From Puccinia triticina (taxonomy: Eukaryota), in contig CP110439.1 of the NCBI GenBank assembly GCA_026914245.1, positions 186,001 to 250,000 of the forward strand: a DNA stretch of 64,000 nt. Reading direction: 5' to 3'. Both the position numbers and the translations under genes were made by a program. This document shows, one piece after another, positions 37,519-50,800 of this stretch. The notes beneath the pieces were generated by a model. The model made no database searches, was not told the DNA's origin, and saw nothing but the letters and a program-made list of their open reading frames with translations. The stretch's first letter is position 1. Every line of letters starts with the position of its first letter.

Positions 37519-40500
37519 ATGGCCGACAACAACACCAACTCCAAGCCCAACATCCCTCCACTGACCGAAGTCAACTTCCTTCAATGGTCGATTCGGCTCA
37601 AGGCCTTCCTCAAGAACAAAGGACTCCTCAAATACATTTTGGAGCCGACTGGGGCTGGACTCAACGGAGCTGCGGCCGAAGCAGTAGGCAAGAAACACGC
37701 CGAGACGATCGACTTCCTTTTTCAGTTCATCAGTGAAGGAGTCTTCGAAACTGTTGTCAACACCGACAACGCCGAAGACCCTCATCGAGTCTGGATGAGC
37801 ATTCTCAATCGATTCGCGTCCGCCTCTGTCAACAACAAGGGTCGAGTGTGGCTTAAGTTCATGCGCTACGAGTATCGCGGAATTCTGAAAGACTTCATTT
37901 CCGACATGCAGAAAATGCTCAACGAGATCTCACTGGTCAGCCTTGGGGTTCCAGATAACGTCCTCAGTTTCTCGATCCTTGCAAAGTTAAACGAGGACAT
38001 GTATAACATCGTCGATAATATCATCATGAACGAAGTTATCTGCGAGAATCCAAATGCGGTCCTGGTGAAGCTTCAGGAAGTCGTCTATCTAGAAGAGTCT
38101 CGACTCGCCAAATCCACAAAGAAGATCGCCTCCAAGGAGCCTGAGAACGTCCCCGAAGGTGCCTCTGCTCTGATGCATGAGACGTCCTCAAAGAAAGGAA
38201 AGAAGAAACCCAAGCGCACCGGCAACTTCTGTGAACCCGGCAAAGACGGCAAGCCAGGCAAACACAATCCTGACGCTACCTCGCACGATGCAGAACACTG
38301 CTGGCAAGTTCACCCACAGCTTCGTCCCGATGCCAATCCCGCCACCCAACTTGTCGAAGCGGATGACGGCCACGAGTCCGAAGTGTCACTTCTACTTACC
38401 GGAGCCGAGAATGCCAAACCAATCGTACTCAACACCGGAGCCACACACCACATGGTCAACGACGCATCCATCTTTGTCCCTGTCTCCAAGACCAACCTCA
38501 AGATCTCAACCGGAGGACACAAGAACTTTCTGTATGCCACGGCCATAGGGACCGCGGTGTTGGTCAACCAGGATGGCGATAAGATGACCCTTGACAACGT
38601 GCTTTTGGTACCGGGTCTCAATCGATCGCTTCTCTCAGTGACTCGACTATTCGACAGCAACCTGGCTCTCTCCAAAAACGGCGATGACAATGTGTCAGTG
38701 ATAATTGATGGGAATTTCAGTCTTCAGAGTACTTCTAAAAACAACCTGTTAGAATTGTCATCCTCTCATTTTGATGTAATCAACACTACCGCTACATCCT
38801 ATCTGCTCACTGGCCCAGTCTCTCCAGACTGGCACGCGCGCCTTGGTCATCCAAACCCGAAGTACCAAAGTGTACTTGTCCCGGGCTCAACAACCTTGAC
38901 CTGCGACATCTGTCAAATGTGCAAGTTAAAGGCTTTGCCATTCGGGAGCAAATTCAAAGCAGTTAGTCATGTTCTTGAGTCAATACACATGGACCTGGTC
39001 GGCCCATTCTCCACACGATTGTCGGCAGGATTCTCCTATTTTCTGACCATAGTCGATCAACTAAGCGGGTTCAAATCCGTTAAATTCTTGAGATCAAAAG
39101 ACGAAACCTTTGAAAAATTTGTTGAATTTAAACTGCTGGCCGAAAAACAAACAGGAAACCAAATCAAGACACTCATCTCGGACGGTGGAGGTGAATTTGT
39201 TAATGAGAAGTTCAAAAATCTTTGTACATCGGAGGGAATCGATCATCACATATCTCCAGCATACAATCCTCAAAACAATGGGATGGCTGAGAGGGCTAAT
39301 CAGATGATTCTTGAGAAAGCACGGTGTCTTCTGTATCAGTCAAACCTTCCCAAGTCCTTCTGGGCTGAAGCCGTTAACACAGCGGCTCAACTTTTGAATC
39401 TTGCTCCGTCTGCCACAAGGAAAATGAAGATACCTTACGATACATGGACAGGAAGATCAATCCACCTCGATGTGCTTCGACCGTTTGGGTGTGCGACATA
39501 CTCGCTGATCCCGAAGGAAAAGCGGAAATTCAAGCTCCTTCCCACGGCAGAACGAGGTATCATGCTGGGGTACGAGAATGACTTCTCATCTTACCGGATC
39601 TATAAACCCTCGGATAAGAAGGTATTTCGAATTCGGAATGTCAAGTTCAATGAATCTGTTTTCCCTGGTCTGAAGGATCACTCCCCAGACAAGGATGAGG
39701 ACCTGTTTGAACTGGAAGAGGACCCTGAGGACGTAGCGGAACCGCTGATCAACAAAGACACCTCTCCGGTCCAGTCAACTCTAAGTTCACCCCCGTCCCC
39801 TGCGCTCCCAACACCTGCGACAGAAGTCACGACAAGCACGCCGGAGCCAGAAAAATCAACTCCTGCTCCAGTAGCCCGACATAACATTGACAGCTCCATT
39901 TCGAAGGACAATATTTTGTCTGTGGATCGTCGGGGAAAAGCTATCCTTGTCTATCTCACCGAAAACCTTGACAATGATACTCCCACCTCATATGTCCAGG
40001 CAATCAACTCCTCGAAGTCATCATTTTGGAAGAAAGCCATTGACAAGGAAATCTCCAACATGGAAGACCACGACGTCTGGATCATTGTGAAAAAGGACGA
40101 TGGTCAAAAGAGGATTAACTGCACTTGGGTGTTTAAAGTCAAGAAAGATCAACTTAACGTTCCTCAGGAGTACAAGGCTCGACTATGTGCGAAGGGGTTC
40201 CAACAAAAGAAGGGTCACGACTATCTGGACACGTATGCGCCAACCGGGAAAATGGTTTCTCTGAGAATCCTCATCATATTCGCGCTCAAGCGGGGTCTTC
40301 TATTCCATCAAATTGACATCAAAAGTGCCTTCCTCAACGCACCACTCAAAGAAGAACTGTATCTAAACCCGCCACCAGGAATTCAAGTACCAGCCAACCA
40401 CGTCCTGAAGCTCCAGAAAGCGATATACGGTCTGAAACAGGCTCCAAATGCCTGGCACAATACTCTCACCAAATGGCTTTTTCAGGTTGGTTTCAAGAGG

Positions 40501-41532
40501 TGCAAGGCAGAACCGTGTGTCTTTTGGAGGAAGGGAACCTATCTCTACCTACACGTGGACGACCTGGCGATATTCAGCAAGAATCCAGAGGAGTTTAAAG
40601 ACCAAGTACGCTCACGGTTTCAAATGAAGGATCTAGGGGAGTCAAGTCTTCTCCTAGGAATGAATGTGAAACAGGAACCTGGCTCAGTCACCCTATCTCA
40701 GCGGCACTACATTGACACTCAGCTTGAGCGGTTTGGGCTACAAGATCTATTTCCGGCATCAACACCCATGAAACCGGGAGGACACCTGGTACGTGCTTCA
40801 CGCAATGAGAGGCTTGCACATCTAGAGTCAGGACACAATTACCGGTCTCTAGTTGGAGCACTTAACTACCTCAGTGTTACGACCAGGCCAGACATCACGT
40901 TTGCAGTTAGCTCATTATCACAGTTCCTTAACAACCCGGGAACCAGTCACTGGGACGCGGGAGTACAAGTTTTCCGCTACCTCAAAGGCACCAGAGATGT
41001 GGGCCTGCGCTTTGTGAAGCCAACAACAGAATCGAACGACCTAGTCGGATATGCGGATGCCGATTGGGCTTCGTGTCCCGAGTCTCGCCGGTCAGTGTCC
41101 GGTAACCTCATTTTACTTGATGGAAATATTATCTCCTGGAAATCGAAGAAGCAAACTACTCTGTCCTTATCCTCGACGGAGGCGGAATACAAATCCGTTG
41201 GTGACATCACCAAAGAGGTGATGTGGATCAAAACACTTCTCAAGAAAATCTTCAACGTCAAGATTCCGGGACCAACTCAAATCTTTGAAGACAATCAAGG
41301 TGCCATCGCCCTCGCCAACAACACGTCCAACCACTCCAATTACAAGACCAAACACATGTCACTCCGGCACCACTTCATTCGGCGAGAGATTCAAATCAAG
41401 TCAATTACCCTCCAATACATTCCAACCAACCAGATGCTAGCGGATTTTTTGACCAAGGCGGTTGGAAAAGCATCGATCAAGCGGGCCCTTAGGGCGCTCC
41501 AGCTTCTGTGCTCATCGCCTGAGCGGCTCTGA
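37519..41532 (+). CDS. Copia gag-pol polyprotein, uninterrupted ORF but with protease active-site D>N
   Basis: Gag, IVLNTGATHHM, WHARLGH...CDIC, integrase HMDLVG/SDGGGEF/NGMAERAN, RT YLHVDDL, RNase H YADADWA/EAEY/EDNQGA. Confidence 0.95.
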   Translation: MADNNTNSKPNIPPLTEVNFLQWSIRLKAFLKNKGLLKYILEPTGAGLNGAAAEAVGKKHAETIDFLFQFISEGVFETVVNTDNAEDPHRVWMSILNRFASASVNNKGRVWLKFMRYEYRGILKDFISDMQKMLNEISLVSLGVPDNVLSFSILAKLNEDMYNIVDNIIMNEVICENPNAVLVKLQEVVYLEESRLAKSTKKIASKEPENVPEGASALMHETSSKKGKKKPKRTGNFCEPGKDGKPGKHNPDATSHDAEHCWQVHPQLRPDANPATQLVEADDGHESEVSLLLTGAENAKPIVLNTGATHHMVNDASIFVPVSKTNLKISTGGHKNFLYATAIGTAVLVNQDGDKMTLDNVLLVPGLNRSLLSVTRLFDSNLALSKNGDDNVSVIIDGNFSLQSTSKNNLLELSSSHFDVINTTATSYLLTGPVSPDWHARLGHPNPKYQSVLVPGSTTLTCDICQMCKLKALPFGSKFKAVSHVLESIHMDLVGPFSTRLSAGFSYFLTIVDQLSGFKSVKFLRSKDETFEKFVEFKLLAEKQTGNQIKTLISDGGGEFVNEKFKNLCTSEGIDHHISPAYNPQNNGMAERANQMILEKARCLLYQSNLPKSFWAEAVNTAAQLLNLAPSATRKMKIPYDTWTGRSIHLDVLRPFGCATYSLIPKEKRKFKLLPTAERGIMLGYENDFSSYRIYKPSDKKVFRIRNVKFNESVFPGLKDHSPDKDEDLFELEEDPEDVAEPLINKDTSPVQSTLSSPPSPALPTPATEVTTSTPEPEKSTPAPVARHNIDSSISKDNILSVDRRGKAILVYLTENLDNDTPTSYVQAINSSKSSFWKKAIDKEISNMEDHDVWIIVKKDDGQKRINCTWVFKVKKDQLNVPQEYKARLCAKGFQQKKGHDYLDTYAPTGKMVSLRILIIFALKRGLLFHQIDIKSAFLNAPLKEELYLNPPPGIQVPANHVLKLQKAIYGLKQAPNAWHNTLTKWLFQVGFKRCKAEPCVFWRKGTYLYLHVDDLAIFSKNPEEFKDQVRSRFQMKDLGESSLLLGMNVKQEPGSVTLSQRHYIDTQLERFGLQDLFPASTPMKPGGHLVRASRNERLAHLESGHNYRSLVGALNYLSVTTRPDITFAVSSLSQFLNNPGTSHWDAGVQVFRYLKGTRDVGLRFVKPTTESNDLVGYADADWASCPESRRSVSGNLILLDGNIISWKSKKQTTLSLSSTEAEYKSVGDITKEVMWIKTLLKKIFNVKIPGPTQIFEDNQGAIALANNTSNHSNYKTKHMSLRHHFIRREIQIKSITLQYIPTNQMLADFLTKAVGKASIKRALRALQLLCSSPERL

Positions 41533-42586
41533 GCATGGGGGTGTGTCAGAATATCAGGAAAGAACTCGCGCTCTCCGCTGTGCGCTCTCCTCCGCGCATC
41601 TGCGCAGCCAGCCACGAATCAAAGTTCGCCTCCGGTCACACGCCTTTGTCCTCCTCATCCCGCTCGGAACCAACAAGTACCCGAACACACTCAGCAAACA
41701 ACAGAACGATCAATCAATATTCAATCTCTGTAGTCGCTGTCGCGGGATCACCAGTTTCAGGAATCAAGAGTAGTGGTGACTACCCCTCTCCTCTCCTCCT
41801 CCTCGTGCTCAGTTCCTTTTTCATCTCCTCGTGTTCTATCTACTGACTGTCTTATCTCTTTAGTCTCTTGTTCCAGTTGTTTTTGTTTCTCTGTTTTCTT
41901 CTTGTCATTGCTGTTGTCTACGTTGCTCTATCCGATCCTCTAGGTACATTTCTTCTTTCCTCTGTTTTCCTTTTGTTTCCTTTTTCTCTTGCTGAAATGT
42001 ACACTCTAGTTTCGCCTCAAATTCTCGCACTCATGTCCTTTTCAGCTGCTGTATCATCAGCAGAGTCAGTCGTGTTAAGCGTTCAATTGTTGAAAACATT
42101 CTCAATGACGCTACAGTCGCCTCCGATCCTTTTCTACTTCTGGTGAAACTTCGCGATCATGCTATCTTTGAAGTCACAGAACTGAAGCGCAAAACGCTTA
42201 AACGGTCTATTGAAGGTACATCTTCCGATGCTCTTTCGACCAATGTCGCTAAAAGCTCTAAGAAAGTCAAGAAGAATTTTAGAAAGCGAATTACCTGCAG
42301 CGGAGGTAAACATAATCCTGAAGCTTATCACGATGAGAAGGATTGTTGGACCGTGCATGACGACAAGCTTCCCGATCGATTTAAGGAAAAACCCTCGGAT
42401 GGTACTTCTTTAACCAGCTCCACAGCTCTTGTTCCTTCGACTAGTAACGCTCGCATTGATGACGATGCGCGATCAGCCCCTTCTTTTCACTACTGCAGCG
42501 TGGCGGTCAACTTAAATTCCATTTCAATGAAATTGCCAGCTGTTCTTGACTCTGGAGCGAGCCATCATATGTTCAATTAATTGGAT

Positions 42587-45500
42587 TAATGGACGATGAA
42601 CAGCGGACAAACTATAGAGACAGCGGTAGTACTGTGAGCTACGCAAACAGGACCGACGATGATCAGGTGGAGGCACACCTATAGAGACAGCGGTAGTACT
42701 GTGAGCTACGCGAACAGGACCGACGATGATCAGGTGGAGGCACACCTGCGGACAATCGAACGGAGATGAAACGATGAGTTGATGATTGAGTGAGACAATG
42801 ATGAATGGGTGAAATACAACAACGTCAATACTAACCTATAGAGACAGCGGTAGTACTGTGAGCTACGCGAACAGGACCGACGATGATCAGGTGGAGGCAC
42901 ACCTGATAAAGAGGAACACAACAGTGAGGCGAGAGATCAAACTAAGCGGATATGAGAGGAAAGACATTGGGGCATACCTGCGGACAATCGAACGGAGATG
43001 AAACAATGAGTTGATGATTGAGTGAGACAATGATGAATAGAGTACAACGAGATGAAAGGGAGTTGAACTATATACATCATGACTATCATCAACTAGGTCT
43101 ACGTCCGCAGTGATGAGCTCCGGCGGCCGCGCCGCTATGTGTCTCAATACCCCCCTTCTCTCATTGCCGGTGAATTTTGAGGTCGGCAATGATCTTGAGG
43201 TGCTTCTGTTTGCCCAACGCCTTGGTGCACATGTCGGCTTTCATTTTTTGTGTTGAAATGTAGTTGATGTGAATGAGGCCGGTGTCGTGTACTTCGCGAA
43301 GCCAGTGGTAAATGATGTTGATGTGTTTAGAGCGTTGTTGAAAGATCGGATTGGTTGCTAGTGCAATCGCGCTTTGATTATCGACGAATATTTCAAATTT
43401 CTTTTCTTGACGTAGTGATAGACTGTTGAATAGATATTTGAGCCATACTGATTCTTGAACACCCTTGAAAAGCGCTTGGTATTCAGCTTCAGTTGTTGAT
43501 GTGGAGACCGTTTGTTGCTTTTTAGAACGCCAAGAGAGGAGATTTCCTCCAAGCAGGGTGACGTACCCGGAGTAAGACCTTTGATCGTCGGAACAATTGG
43601 CGAAGTCGGCGTTGGTGTATACTGCGATGTCGTCCAGATTTTTTGATCCTTGGAGTAGAATACCATGCAATTTTGTTCCGGCTAAGTACCTGAGGAGATG
43701 CTGCACAGCTTTCCAATGTGTGATGCCTGGTTTTTCTAGGTGTTGTGATAATTGAGAGACCGTGAAGGCGATATCAGGCCTTGTTGAAACCGAGAGATAG
43801 TTAAGTAAGCCCAGTGCCTCGCGATAGTTTGCTTTGAGTTGCAGAAATGATTGATGTTCGGCTTCAGAGCATTTAACTAGTCGAGTGTTTTGGACCATTG
43901 GAGTCGAGGTTGTTCTACAATCCGAGAGACCATAGTTATCAAGGATTGATTGAGTGTAGGATTCTTGACTGAGAAGGATGCTGGATTTGGATGGCCGTGT
44001 TAGCTTGATGCCAAGAATATGCTTTGCTTCTCCGAGATCCTCCATGCGGAATTTTGCTGAGATTAATGATTTGAAGCGATCCACGTCATGACTGATGATA
44101 ATCATGTCGTCGACGTAGACATGAACAAAGCATTCCCATCCTTCAACGAGTGATGTGAACAGGCAGGGATCGGCAGGACATGGGCGGAAATTGATGGACA
44201 CAAAGAAATCCTTGAGCTCTGCATACCAAACTCGAGGTGCTTGTTTCAACCCGTAAATAGCCTTGTGGAGCTTTAAGCAGTAACCTTTCGGAACTTCGAG
44301 GCCAGGTGGAGGTCGAAGATAGACCGATTCCTTCAGATTGCCATTCAGGAAGGTGTTTTTCGCGTCCATTTGATGAATTGCATACCCACGAGAGAGTCCA
44401 ACGATGAGAGCTGCCCTGAGACTAGTTGATCTGCCTGTTGGAGCGTAGGTAAACCCGTAGCCGTCCTTTTGCTGGGAACCTTGAGCGCAGAGTCTAGCTT
44501 TGAACTTGACAACTATACCATCAGCGTTCTTCTTCTTCCGAAAGACCCAAACTGTGCCTAGGAGTTTCTCGTCACCGGGCATGATCTCGATTTACCATAC
44601 CTTGAGGTCTTTCATTGCGGACAGTTCAGATTCGACCGCCTGGGTCCATGACGAAGCTTCCGAAGATAGCATAGCTTCTCTGTGAGTCCTGGGAATGTCC
44701 GAGGCCGCTAGAGCCATTGCTAGATTCGCTCTTCTTTCCGTATGTAAGATGTGCGAGGGATCTATATCTGAACTGATATTCTTTGGTGCGATGTTCGATG
44801 TCAGTAGAATGTCGTACCCCGGTCGAGGTGGAGCTATGGGTGCCGAGGAGTCAGCTGGTGGAACGTGAGGATCTGCTGGAGCGAGAGAATTGTCTTGATT
44901 GCCTTGGTCCTGGAAGAAAGAACTTGAATCAATCTGAGCTGAGTCAAGGTCCAATTCGTCCTCGGCCGATCTCCAATCGAGAACATCCTGCATAGATTCT
45001 GTCGATGATGAAGGCTGGTCGAGTGGAGATTCAATGATTTCATCGAACTCAGCCGGGGTGAGAGGATCGAATTGAAAGGACGGGTCAGCTGGGGAGAATG
45101 TGGAGACTCCTGGGAATTCTGCCACGTTGAAGGTAACGTCGTGGCAGCGCTCCACTTTCCCCCCTGGTAGGAGGACGCGCCAGTTATGCGTCCCCAGCTG
45201 ATAGCCGACTAGCAGACCCTTTTTAGCGGTGTCACCGAACTTGCCATGTCGGAGCTGCTTTGGAATGTTAACATATGCTTGACAACCGAACGGCTTGAGG
45301 CGAGAAGTGTTGAAGAGTGATCCAAACCACAGATTGTGAGGAGTATCCCATTTAAGCTTGCGCATGGGTGTAATGTTTTCAAGGAGAACTGCTGTCGATA
45401 CCGCCTCTGCCCAATATTCGGATGGAAGTTTCGCCTGCTTGAGCATACAGCGCCCTTTCTCAGAAGTAGATCGATTTCCCCTTTCAGCAACGGAGTTTTG

Positions 45501-47850
45501 CTGAGGAGTGTGGGGAGCGGTCACTTGAAAAGTGATCCCTTTTTCTTTGAGGAAGTCCAGGAACTTGGTCGAGTTGAACTCCCCTCCTCCGTCGAAGATA
45601 ACAGTTTTGATGTTTGTGGAGTGATGATTTGTAACTTCATTATAATATTGGAGAAAGAAGGAAAAGGTCTCAGATTTCTTAGACAGTAGATACACATGAC
45701 GATAGCGTGTGAAGTAGTCTGTAATTTTGAAGTAGTATTCTTTTCCTCCGAACGATCTAGGATTGATTCGACCGCTGAGGTCCATGAAGACGTACTCTAG
45801 CGGTCGAGTTGCTTCAGGAAGAGATCCGGGAAAGGGGAGCCTGTGCGATTTGGATAATGAGCACGCTTCGCAATCAATTTTGCTGGCGTGAATTCCCGGA
45901 AAGAGCTTCTTCAAAGCCTTGATGTTGGGGTGACCTGCGGATCTGTGAAGAGTAGCGATGTCAACATTTGATGATGCTCAATTAGCTGAGATGGTGATTG
46001 ACTGACCTTGAGATCCCGAGGCTAACTTGATGTTGCAAACGCCTCCGATAACGGCAGCGGAGAGAATGATTGAGTTATTTCGAACTAGATCGAAGGTCTT
46101 CGGTCCAGTTCTTGATACATCACATCCACGTTTGAAAAGTCTGCCAAAGCTGATGAGAGTTCCAGCTAGGTCTGGCACATGGAGGGCTTTGAGCTTGAGG
46201 GATGTGCCGTTGTTCGCGATGATAGCCACATAGCCTTCGCCCACTGATTTGAGAGTGTTGCCGTCGGCCAACGAGATGAGAGTTGATCGGGGGCAATAGT
46301 CGGTGAAGCGTGATCTTTCACTAAACATATGATGACTAGCTCCGCTGTCAAGGAAGCAAACATTGGTAGATTTCACAGCCGCAAGAGCTTGACGTATACA
46401 GAGTAATCCACTGCTTGTGGTGCTGATGGACGAAGCGTCTTGATTGTCATCTTCAGTTGGTGAAGAATTGGCGGCCTTGGCTGTGCGTTTGTTCTTTGCG
46501 AGTTGTCAACACTTCTTCTTGGAGTGCTTGGTGGCTGGGTTGTGAACGCCATCAGCGCAGACTGGGTAGTCAGTGGATTGAGCCGCTGCAAGGGCTGATT
46601 CTTGTTTTATAGCGGGAGCGGATGATGATGAAGAAATTGGTTCTTGATCACGACGTTTGCCTTCAAGTAGAGTCTTGAGGATGTTGATCGTAAGGGGTCG
46701 TTTCGTGAGAAGTATATCACAAAGGTTCAAGGAAGTGGGAAGTCGTGAGAGGAGGAACTCAGACATCCATGTTTTGTGAAGCGTGAACTCCTCTGGAGCC
46801 TTGATGATCTTGACTCCAACTGCCTCGATGCTGCTGATGCGGTCGTTGAGATCGGTGAGAAAGCCAGCGACATTGTCGCGTTTGAAGGTGATTGAAAAGA
46901 ACTCCTGTACCACCTTGGCCTGGTTGTCTCCCGTTTTCGCCTCGAAGTGATTTTCGACAAGAAGCCAGATTGCTTGGGGATTGTTTTCATTCTCTGTCTT
47001 GACGAATTGAGTACGATATTTTTGACCGAGATATAGAGACAGGATACCGGCGGCTTTTCCCATTTCTCGACCGTGAGTGAGTGCGGCAGCTTTGTCGGTA
47101 GGAGTAGCAACGGTGGCGTCTATGTACATCTTCAGACCTTGCACTTGAAGATATGCCTTCATCTGTCCCTTCCAGGTTGAGAATGGAATGTTTTTGAGGA
47201 ACTGAAGAGCACTTTTGTGTTCGGCCATGATGATTCTGTTTGGTCGGTGTTCGTAGTAAGTCCGGTTACGCTTCTGGGCTCATAACCTAATGGACGATGA
47301 ACAGCGGACAAACTATAGAGACAGCGGTAGTACTGTGAGCTACGCAAACAGGACCGACAATGATCAGGTGGAGGCACACCTATAGAGACAGCGGTAGTAC
47401 TGTGAGCTACGCGAACAGGACCGACGATGATCAGGTGGAGGCACACCTGCGGACAATCGAACGGAGATGAAACAATGAGTTGATGATTGAGTGAGACAAT
47501 GATGAATGGGTGAAATACAACAACGTCAATACTAACCTATAGAGACAGTGGTAGTACTGTGAGCTACGCGAACAGGACCGACGATGATCAGGTGGAGGCA
47601 CACCTGATAAAGAGGAACACAACAGTGAGGCGAGAGATCAAACTAAGCGGATATGAGAGGAAAGACATTGGGGCATACCTGCGGACAATCGAACGGAGAT
47701 GAAACGATGAGTTGATGATTGAGTGAGACAATGATGAATAGAGTACAACGAGATGAAAGGGAGTTGAACTATATACATCATGACTATCATCAACTAGGTC
47801 TACGTCCGCAGCGATGAGCTCCGGCGGCCGCGCCGCTATGTGTCTCATTA
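42587..47850 (-). mobile_element. Ty1/Copia element (inner 2) with TA...TA LTRs and a half-tRNAiMet PBS
   Basis: 563-bp LTRs at 42587-43149 and 47288-47850; TSD TGGAT; PBS GGTTATGAGCCCAG (plus strand 47274-47287); PPT GAGAAGGGGGG. Confidence 0.95.
43161..47228 (-). pseudogene. Copia gag-pol of inner element 2, with stops and frameshifts
   Basis: Gag, FLDSGASHHM, CEAC, FMDLSG/FDGGGEF/VAERGN, VYVDDM and RNase H are spread over four ORFs. Confidence 0.9.
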
Positions 47851-50800
47851 TGGATTTCTTCATTGACAAGCGTCCAGTTCACATCTTTATCATTACGGGT
47901 GATGGAAAATCGCGAGAAGAACTAATTGCCGTTCAGCAAGGAACAGCTGTAATCAAATTCGGCGACGATAAAAGTCTAACGCTTAAAGACTCTTTATATG
48001 TACCGAATCTTTCTCGAAACCTGATTTCATTCACTGCCCTGCTTGATAATGACAACGACATCCTGATAAAAAGGCGAAACAATACTTGCAAAGTTTTTAC
48101 AAACAATCATGAAAGGTTACTCAATCTTGATTTATCAAATAAACTCTTTGAGGTTCGTGGCGATATTTCTCCCGCCAGCAAAGACTCGATGACCTTAATT
48201 TCAACCGTCAAAGCTCAATCCAGTTTCGATAAATGGCACAATCGCTTCGGTCATGCCAGTTCAGACCGATTGAAAGTGATTCTTCCGTCTGGCGTAAACC
48301 TTGACAAAACTCATGCCTGCAATCCATGCATGAATGGCAAGCTCACTCGAAAAAGCTTTAAAAGTCACTTTGATCAGACTACCTCTTCACTTGAAGTAGT
48401 TCATGGCGATCTTGTCGGACCAATCAATCCTTCGACAAACGGTGGCGCTTGTTATTTTTTGACTCTTGTTGATCAGTTTACCGGTTACATTGACATCACG
48501 ATTTTGAAGGAGAAAAGCGATACTCCTGGTGCGATCGAGAAATATAAAATATTTTTTGAAAATCAAACTGGCCATCGAATGAAGAAGCTAATTACAGATG
48601 GTGGTGGTGAATTCTGTAACACAACCCTTTCTGACTTGCTGCTATTGCACGGTGTTCAGCACAATGTCTCGCCACCCTATACGCCTCAGCAAAATGGTAT
48701 TGCCGAACGAGCGAATCGAACGATTTTGAACATGGCAAGATGCATGCCTTTACAGTCTAACCTAGCGCCCAAATGGTGGGCGGAAGCTGTAAAAATGGCG
48801 GCCGCTATAACTAACTGTCTACCGTCTCTATCTCGAAGTCGAACTTCTCCTTTAGAGCTCTTGTTCAAAAAGAAGCCAAACGTTGAATTCTTTCGACCAT
48901 TCGGCTGCAAAGTCTGGGCTTTAAAACCTGAAGTCAATCATGAGCGCAAGTTTGATTCACTTTCGTGGGACGGCATTCTGGTCGGCTATGCAAATGATTA
49001 TTCGTCGTACAAGATTCTTCGTCTCGACAATAAAAAGATCATTACAACCAAGCATGCGTACTTTGACGAGGAAGTTTTTCCTTCCAGCGCAGCTTTACAC
49101 AAGAGCTTGGATAATCTGTTAATATTGAATAATCTACCGGTTTTTTGCCAACAAAACTTTCTTCCCTTTGCCGAAGCTGAATTGCCCATTGAAGTCGAAG
49201 AAGTAACTTTGGATGATTCAATTGAGGTTGATGACTCGGTCGGAATTGATTCTAGTAAATTCATATCAAGCGAAATCGATCGATCTAACATTATCAGTCA
49301 CTCGAGATGATCAGCTAAAGCTTTACTAGCTGCTGACAAGAAGATTTCCACACCGAAAACTCACTTTCAAGCCATGAAACATGAAGAGTCTGCGGAATGG
49401 AAGCGAGCTGAAGCAAAGGAGTATGCTAACATGAAGCATTTCGACGCATGGTTGCAAAGATCAAGAAAACCTTCAGATGCACCTATTCCAGCTACGTGGG
49501 CTTTTCGCAAAAAGCTCGGACCAAACAATGAGGTCACCGAATTTAAAGCGCGCATCTGCGCTCAAGGTTTTCATCAAACCTTCGGAATGGATTTCTTTGC
49601 AAAATACGCTCCCACGGGTCGACCATCTTTGTTAAGAATTCTGCTCTCTTTCGCGGTTACTAACGACATGAAAATACATCAACTCGACATTTGGAGTGCA
49701 TTTCTAACCTGTCCTTTAGAAGACCAAGTAACTCTCCTTCCTCTTCCTGGATTTGAAGGGCCGGCCGATACTGTTTTCGACCTAAATAAAGCAGTTTATG
49801 GTCTACGTCAAGCTCCTTTAGTATGGTATAAGCGTCTCTCAAATTTTCTTGTCTCCATCGGATTCAACATATCAATTTCGGATCCCTGTTTATTCTGGCA
49901 AGGCGAAAACGTCGACAAACCGCTCACGTGGATTTATGCTCATGTAGACGATCTAGTAATCATCAGCAAGGATCCGCTTATCTTTAAAGCCAAAATTGAG
50001 AAAGAGTTTGACATTAAATACTTGGGTGACGCGGAATTTCTTTTGGGAATGAAGCTTACAAGAAATCAAGACTCAATTACAATCAATCAACAACAATACA
50101 TTGAAAGAAAGCTTGCTGAGTATGATCTCTCAAATGCGCATCCAGCCTTGTGTCCTCTTAATCCTTGAGTCCAACTAGATAGAGCAACCGTAGAAGAACA
50201 ATCTGCCTTTAAGAAGCTCAATGTCAACTATCGCTCTTTGGTCGGTTCTTTAAATTATTTAAGCCTCTTAACTCGTCCAGATATTACATATGCTGTCAGT
50301 GCTTTATCTCAATTCCTCGAGCAGCCCGGAATGCCTCACTATGAGGCGGCAATTCAAGTTTGGCGTTACGTGTCTGGTACTCGTTATCTCGGACTCACCT
50401 ATGTCAAGCAGCAAAATTCGGAATTCAAGGCATACGTTGATGCTGACTGGGGCAATTGCCCTATTACTCGTCGATCGATCAGTGGTTATGTTGCCATGAC
50501 AGGTGATCATTTGATTTCCTGGAAGTCAAGCAAGCAGGAAACGGTCTCACTCTCTTCAGCGGAAGCAGAGTATAAAGCTCTTTCAGATCTCAGTCGTGAG
50601 GCAGCGTGGATTGCAAGCTTAGTTGAGGAAATCAAGATCGTCACAACTCCAGTTCAATTCAAGATTGCGGTCGATAACAAAGCAGTGATTGATCTAGCCA
50701 ACAGTGAAACTTCTCAAAATAGTTTCAGAACAAAGCATATGGATATTCGACTCCATTTTGTTTGAGAACTTGTGCAAAAACGGCTCGTCAAGCTTCTCTA

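Larger units (their letters stand above)
36991..42029 (+). mobile_element. Ty1/Copia element (inner 1), full length and young
   Basis: 486-bp LTRs at 36991-37476 and 41544-42029 with no differences seen by eye; TSD CTCAT; PBS at 37477-37490; short G-rich PPT. Confidence 0.97.
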
